From Balamuthia mandrillaris (Eukaryota), in the NCBI GenBank assembly GCA_031835245.2, contig JAVKOQ020000002.1, positions 558,001 through 622,000 of the forward strand: DNA of 64,000 nucleotides. Reading direction: 5' to 3'. A program made the position numbers and the translations under genes. The notes beneath the pieces were generated by a model. The model ran no database searches and had not been told where the DNA came from. It saw only the letters and a program-made list of their open reading frames with translations. This document shows, in pieces, positions 57,485 through 64,000 of this stretch. Positions within the stretch are counted from its first letter, which is position 1. Every line of letters starts with the position of its first letter.

Positions 57485-60400
57485 TTAGGAGGTCTGCATA
57501 TAACCAGCCACTCTGTAATTCATGAAAGAGGGGCGTTAGAAGATACAAGGGAGGTGGCGCAGAGAAGGAAGAAGGAGTGCTTACTGGTTTTGTCGCTGAG
57601 TGGAATCAATAGCCTCCTTTTTCAAAGTTCGATAATAGTTGTCAAGACTTTCACTAAGTTCTTCAGCAGTTGGTCTAAACAATAAACATAACGATAAGTG
57701 TTGTCCACATTTTGAACAAAAAGTTATACAAAGAAACACAAGGAACAAACCGAAGTTTTGGATCCGATTGCCAGCACCGTTCCAACAGGTCTTTTATTAC
57801 CTCATCTTCGTTCTCTTTGATGGGCAAACGCTCGCCTATTTCATTGAAAATAAATGCACTGTATTTAGCACCACCAAAGACCCCGAAGTGAGGTCAGGTC
57901 TCACCTTCGTAAAGAACTTTGTTAACGACGTAATTGACGTCTTTGCCTTCCCATGGCTGTTGTCTTGTGCAAAGTTCCCATAAAAATACACCAAACGAAA
58001 AGCTGTCTGTTTCTTTGCTGTATTTCTGGTCCTTAAATGCTTCTGGTGCCATCCACTATAAAATTTTTTCATGTTGTTAGTTTTGCAGGAGGGGAGAGAA
58101 AGAAATCGAGAGAGAGCGAAACAATGGAGACAAAAGAAAACAATAATAATTACCCTAACAGCGCCAACATTGCTTTTGGTGATTTGGTACATTTTCTCCA
58201 ACACACGCGACATGCCAAAGTCTCCTAAAACTGCTCTGAAATTGTGACACACCAACACGTTCCTTGCTGCTATGTCTGTTCGTCCATTCCGTTTCACCAT
58301 TGTGAGAATAAAAGAATCTGAAAAGCAAGGAAAGGAAAGGGTAAGAAGTTTTCTAACCCCGATGAACCACGTTCAGTGAATGAAGATAACGAAGGCCTCT
58401 GGCAGCATTACGAGCAATCTTGACAATGGCTAGCCATGAAACATCATCTTGCTTTTTGTTTGGGTTAATCAACAGGTCATAGGCCGACCCGTGCTCAGCC
58501 CATTCTGTGACGAGACACATGCGTTTGCCTTTGCGCATCACTCCATACAATGTTGTACAGTAATTCTCTTTGCCTCCCAATTCGCTGGTCGAAGGGACAA
58601 CAAAGAAAGAAATAGAAAGAAAAACAAGAAGAACAAAGACAGGAGGTCAGTAAGCATTTTTAAAAAAAGTTTAACAAGACGTACTGCATTATTTCTGCTT
58701 CTCGAATGAATTCGTCACGAAGTTGTTGATCCACGACAATAGCGCTGCATACCTTCACTGCACAGTCCTTTCCTTTCCACTTGCCTTTGTACACAACTCC
58801 GAAAGCTCCACTAGCAACTGGTTCTTTGACGTATTCCACATCCTTTCTTCGTAGCCTTGGAACTGGTCCATCATAATAATCTTCTTCCTGTTCTTCTTCA
58901 TCATCATTTTCGTCATCTTCGTTGTTGCGATTTGTTGACTGTAGATATATTCCTTCTTCCACATCTTTGTCGTTCTTTTTCAGGTTCTGCTTTCTTTTGT
59001 TGCGCCTGACAATAAAGAAAGCTGCAGCACCGATCAAAAGAAGGAGCAATAAGACCACGGTGAGAGAAACGACTACTGGAATCACAACTGTATTATCATT
59101 TGACTCTGAATCTTCCCTACCAGCTGCTGAAGAAGAGGAAGAAGAGGAAGAAGAAGAATCAACGTTGACAACTGTAAGGACAGCCTCCAAGAACTTGCGA
59201 TTCCTTTGCAGTGATGCTTCTATCCTTATTGGAAGTTGTTTCTTCGTCTTGTCGTTGCTGTTGGTGTTGCTGGTTGGTGAGATTACTTCAACGACAACAG
59301 TTTCGATGGGACAATCAGAAGTCAGGTTCACGCTCTGTCGATCTTCAAAGATGAGAGGGAGTGCTGCTTCGGGTGGTGGAATGTCTTCTAAGTTCGAGAA
59401 ATCGAGCTGCAGAATACCTATGTCCCTCGAAGTAAGCAAAACAAAATTTTGTTTTCAACCAAATAGATATACTAAAGAAAACGAAAAGAAAAGTAAGCGA
59501 TCCAGCAAACATACCATGCAACGAAGCACATCCTTCCACATATAAGAAAGCCTCTGAGCGAACAATAGTCGACCCGACCACAAATTCTATCCTTCCACCC
59601 TCGGTCAAGTTCACTGATCCTTGCACCGCAACTCCTGTTTCTCCTTCTATTCTCCAAACCTCATCCTCCTCAATGGTAACGCTAGAATAAAGCAGCCATC
59701 TCTCCACCACACATCTCCCTCCTCTCTCCAACACGAAAGCAAGGAATTCGGCACTGCCGTGTCCATCATCGCATTCTCCGCTTGTGTGTAAGTTGCTCGC
59801 AAAGACAACAACCGCACCAGGTGAAGGTCCCGTTTGATCGATGATACCGGTAGGGCCAGGATAACCGTTTGTGACGCCATAAGTATCGCCACTGTCGAAA
59901 GGAGCTCCAGCTGCGATGATGCCTCCATGATAGGCCACAGATTGCCCCATATAAGCAGGATTATTTACGCTATTTGATGCTTTCATCAAAGCCACGTACT
60001 CCCAATCTGCACCCTCTTCCCGTTGATAAAGATAAGCGCCACCAGTGTTCTCATCGACCAAGCACACTTCTTCAAAGGTTACTCCTGGTTGAGTGGTTCC
60101 TTCGGAAGGAGCTCCGCATATGATGACATCGTCTTGCAGTGCCACCGCTCCGCAAAATCTGACGTCACAGTCTGTCGTAGCATTAGTCGACAGTTGTTCA
60201 GTGCGCCACTCTTGCGTTGCCCCTCTGACAAATATCCATGCGAGTTCGTTGGCAGTGCTGTATTCGTGAACGCCGGTCGTTACTACGGCAGTATTGTTGC
60301 TCAAAGCCACTTTATAGCCAAACGGTCTGTCAGCGCATGATCGAGGCTTCAAAAAGGCTTCTTGTCGCCATTCCACTTCGTTCGTTTCGCCTTGCTTTTG

Positions 60401-61528
60401 TCGGACAAAGATGTAAGCAGCTCCGCAGTTGCGCGAAGTATTTGAGACTAAGTCTGGATCTGCGTAAAGAGGGCCTTGGATCGGGTGCTCGAGAGCGGGA
60501 GAATCCTCACCTGTTGCTCCAACAATGATGGTGTCGCCATCAGCAGCCACTGAAATGCCGAAAGAATCCCCTTCATCTCCATACTCTGGTTTGAGAATAG
60601 CTTCCATTCGCCATCTGCCCGCTTCATCTTCATCATCTCTTCGAAAGACAACGACTGCTCCAGAAGAGGGAGAAGAAGAGGAAGAGGAAAGCTGTTCGAG
60701 GTACTGTTGTGAGGTGAAGTAACCTTGAAGAGTCGAATTCTCACCAGGCATGCCCACGACAAGCGTCCTTCCTGAATCCGCCGTGGCCACAGCATAACCA
60801 AACTTTCCATTGGGAACAGCCATGGGAGGGCCTAAAAACGCTTCTTGCCTCCACCTATCTGTCTTATCGTCTCGAACAAAGACGTAAACGCTGCCATAGT
60901 TCCTATCTTCTTCATCAAAAGGTGGGTAAGGAAAGAATGAACCATCGTCCGTTGTTTCGTTGAAGGCATGTCCAAGGTCCACTCCTTCGATCCCAAGCTC
61001 ATGAAAAGGGGTGGACACCACCACCATGTCCGCGTTCGCCACGCTCACGCTCCATCCAAACCGGTCTTTCCGCCCGACCTGGTGCGCTTTCAGGATGGCC
61101 TCTTGTCTCCACTTGCCCCAAAGGGTCCTCCGGAACAGCCAAACGGCACCTGCTTCCTCCGCTCCAAACGAGTCAAACCAGGAGCCTGCAGCCGGATACC
61201 CTTCGCCGTGGTACACTCCGGTAACGTTGCTGGCCTCCGCGACGGCGCTCACAGCCAGCAAGCCGTCCCGCAGTGAGAGGGATTCGTAGCCAAAGTCCAA
61301 GTAGATTGTCGCGCCCCCGAGCGTGTTTTCCAGGTAAAAGTTGGAAACCTTGAGCAGGGCCTCTTGTTGGAGAAATGGTTCTTGGGGCTCTTGTCGCTGT
61401 TGTGGTCGTGGGACGGAGTAGGCGGAGGACGCGTGCAGCACAAGGAAAGACAGGAGACAGAGGAGAGAGAGCCAACTGGAGGAGAAGCCGGAAGAAGAGA
61501 GAAAACGGTGGAAACACGTAGCGGACAT
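57485..61528 (-). CDS. Receptor kinase: signal peptide, FG-GAP beta-propeller ectodomain, TM, Tyr-kinase/TKL domain (last exon approximate)
   Basis: Repeats W.QEA.LK..D.FG.SV..GA. TM VVIPVVVSLTVVLLLLLLIGAAAFFIV-RRNKRK. Kinase ASGAFGVVYKG, AVK, HR|DIAARNVLV, DFGMSR, VR|WMAPE, DSFSFGVFLWE. Confidence 0.9.
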
Positions 61529-61859
61529 GCTGTTGTTTGAATAACGAGGCTCTGCGTATGGTTTGTTGCAGCGAGCAGGGGGCGCTGAGGGTAATGAAAT
61601 GATTCATTAGCGAAACGAAATGAATAGCTTGCTCCATAATACAAATCGGAAAACGTGTCTGCTACGCGCATCTTCCTCCACTCCCGTCGCCACTCCCCCT
61701 GCGTTCTCTCCAAAATGGGAGTTTTTTTCTTAACTTAAGCCCAAGATCCAAACTTTCAAACCATCAATCCGCAATCAAAGCCAGAGATCAGAATGTCCAC
61801 AAAAAGTCCTTTTTCATGTCGTCCTGAACGCAGGAGGACACACAAAAACGAAGAAAGAA

Positions 61860-64000
61860 ATGAAGCCAGCAGTGCTGCGGTTGGACCTCGCCGTTTCTGA
61901 TGAAGAGGAGGACGACGACGTGCTGAAACAAGGCGAATGGGATGAGTACAAGAAAGAAGCGCGAGCCAGAGAGGCGATGAGGGCCAGGGAGAGGGAGCAA
62001 AAGCGAGCCGACGTGCTGGACACGGCCGCCAAGCTCGTGGTGGACATGTTCCCTGACCTGTGCCCCACCTACCTGGACGGGCTTTTGCAGGAGGGATGGA
62101 GGACAGCCACCGCCAAGACGGGAGAGATCAGCCTAGAAAAGCTGCCGCAGGACATAGCCTTGCTCGCCACAGAGCAGGTCATGGAGAAGAGCAACTACCC
62201 CAAACGCCCGCCGCCAGCCCTCTCTGCAACCTCCTCTTTGTCTTCTGCCACTACGACTGCCACTACTGTTTCTTCCTCTTCTTCATCTTCCTCATCCTCG
62301 TCTTCCATAACATCTGGTTCTTTTACGCCTAAACATGCTGCACAGCACTACCGCAGCGCTGAGTTCGTGAACGAGCTTGCCAACCTTTCAGTGAGCTACT
62401 ATCCTCAGTGGTACCATGGCGCACATCACGCTCTTCTTCTTTCTCATCGCTTCGTTTCTTCGCTTCTCTGATCCTTCTCTCTCTCACTCTCTCTCTCTCT
62501 CTCGTTTCTTCTGTATACCAGCGAGATATACCTGGCCAACGACTATCCATGGGTGGCTCTGCCGGACATCCGCCGAATACTGCATCAGAACAAGCTCTCG
62601 TACACTCTCACGAAGGACGCTTTGGAAGCCCTTCGGGAGTCTCCTGGCGATGCAAACAACGAGCACTCCAACTCCACTGCCTTAACACCTGGCCGAAAGC
62701 GGCGCAGAACAAACGCTCCTTCCACGTTCAAAGGGCTACAGCCGTTGCAGCGTGCTCGTGCTCCAAAATACGTGCCCACCACCATTGATCCCGTTCTGAA
62801 GGACGAGGTGGAGGCCTATCACTACTATGTGGCCAAGGAGCAGGAGGAACAGGACAAGCGGTTAGCGTTGGACCTCTCGAAGGATCTCTACGAGGAGGCT
62901 GGTGGCTCCTTCATTGAGTGTGGATGTTGCTTTGGTGACTACGCCATTGAAGTGGTTCGTTTTATTTTCTGGTCTTCCCTTTATTGTTCTTCTGCTCTTG
63001 GTTCACCTCGTTCTCGTTCTCTCGTTTTACCTTGTCTTTTTTCTTGTATTTAACATGTTTATACCTGTTGTATCCCTACCATAACCAGATGGGACAATGT
63101 ACAGAAGGACATTTATTTTGTGGGGATTGTCTGAAATCTTACGCCCAAGAAACAGTGTTTGGTCAAGGCAAGACAAAACTACGTTGTATGGATGGAGGTG
63201 GGTGCGATGGCACTTTCCCTGACAACCAACTTCAAAAAGTGTTGCCACCTAGCGTGTTTGAGAAGTATCAGCAACGCCGCCAACAAGAGGAGATACGTAT
63301 GGTACTTATTACATTTTCCCTCATTTATCTATTCGTCTGCTTTTCCTATTTACTTTCTTATCATGAAAAAAAAAACGATACAGGCTTTTGAGTCAGATAC
63401 CAGTAAGTTGGTCGAATGTCCATTTTGTGATTTTAGGGCAGAGGTTTGCAACGAAGAAGACAAAGTTTTCAAGTGTCTTAACCCGGCTTGCATGAAAGAA
63501 AGTTGTAGATTATGTAAGGAGGAAAACCACATTCCTCTTCGGTAACGTCTTCCATCTTCCATTTACTTCCTTTTCGTCATCGTTCTTCTTCGCTACGCTT
63601 CTCTTATTATTTTCAAAAATAGATGTGAAGAGGTGGAAAAGAAAGCTCATCAGCAAGCACGTACCACTGTAGAGGAGAAAATGTCGGAAGCATTGATACG
63701 GACATGCCCCAAATGGTACGCACTTGACGCATACTTTACTGTCTTGGTCAGAGTTCATCACGAACCATCATTCATTCCATTTCAAAGCAACACAAAGTTT
63801 TTCAAGGAAGAAGGCTGCAATAAGATGACCTGCTCTTGCGGAGCATGTATGTCTCTCTTCACATTTCCCTTTTTTCAGTTTTACTCACTCGCCTTTTGTA
63901 CTCTCTTTTTCTCTTCTCACGTTTGTTTCTCTTCGCTCTTTTCTTATATGATTTCTTTCTCTCTTATTCTAGCAATTTGTTATATATGTAGGCAGCTGAT
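61860..64000 (+). CDS. RBR E3 ubiquitin ligase, RNF216/TRIAD3-like; runs off the window
   Basis: RING1 ECGCCF..QCTEGHLFCGDCL..CMDGGGC, IBR CPFC..CLNPAC..SCRLC..HIPL, RING2 EEKMSEALIRTCPKC..KEEGCNKMTCSCG..ICYICR. Confidence 0.9.

Overview
Gene-dense, intron-rich eukaryotic DNA, not prokaryotic. Gene content and intron style point to a free-living amoebozoan of the Acanthamoeba/Balamuthia type; this is inference. I spliced about 32 genes by hand: a Cys/Met PLP enzyme, inositol polyphosphate kinase, C2-RasGAP, Frizzled/Smoothened-like receptor, AidB-like acyl-CoA dehydrogenase, PP2C, SPFH protein, GPAA1, mitochondrial phosphate carrier, YkoF-type thiamine-binding protein, Stealth phosphotransferase, Cys-GPx, TPK, CENP-K, PHF5A, two Ras GTPases, CARNMT1, UMP1/POMP, a geranylgeranyl-reductase-family oxidoreductase, an FG-GAP receptor kinase, an RNF216-like RBR ligase, and two intronless giant-virus-type F-box/ankyrin genes plus a decayed ankyrin copy. 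Most long low-complexity ORFs in the track are intronic (TTC)n/(CT)n microsatellites. The most notable observations only appear after splicing: (1) an F-box fused to a complete PEX5-type TPR domain with an Asn-to-His change in the PTS1 pocket, a candidate SCF adaptor for C-terminal degrons (the join needs a 1-nt frameshift correction); (2) a cortactin-like protein (DDWDTDPDFEN...SH3); (3) a secreted APCDD1-like protein; (4) a SAP/PHD-like/PP2C fusion; (5) atypical introns with GTTYGT/GC donors, 5' pyrimidine tracts and A/C-rich acceptors; (6) a recurrent intergenic TGTCGACA palindrome. All homology calls come from recognising motifs by eye, not from database searches. Multi-exon coordinates are gene spans.
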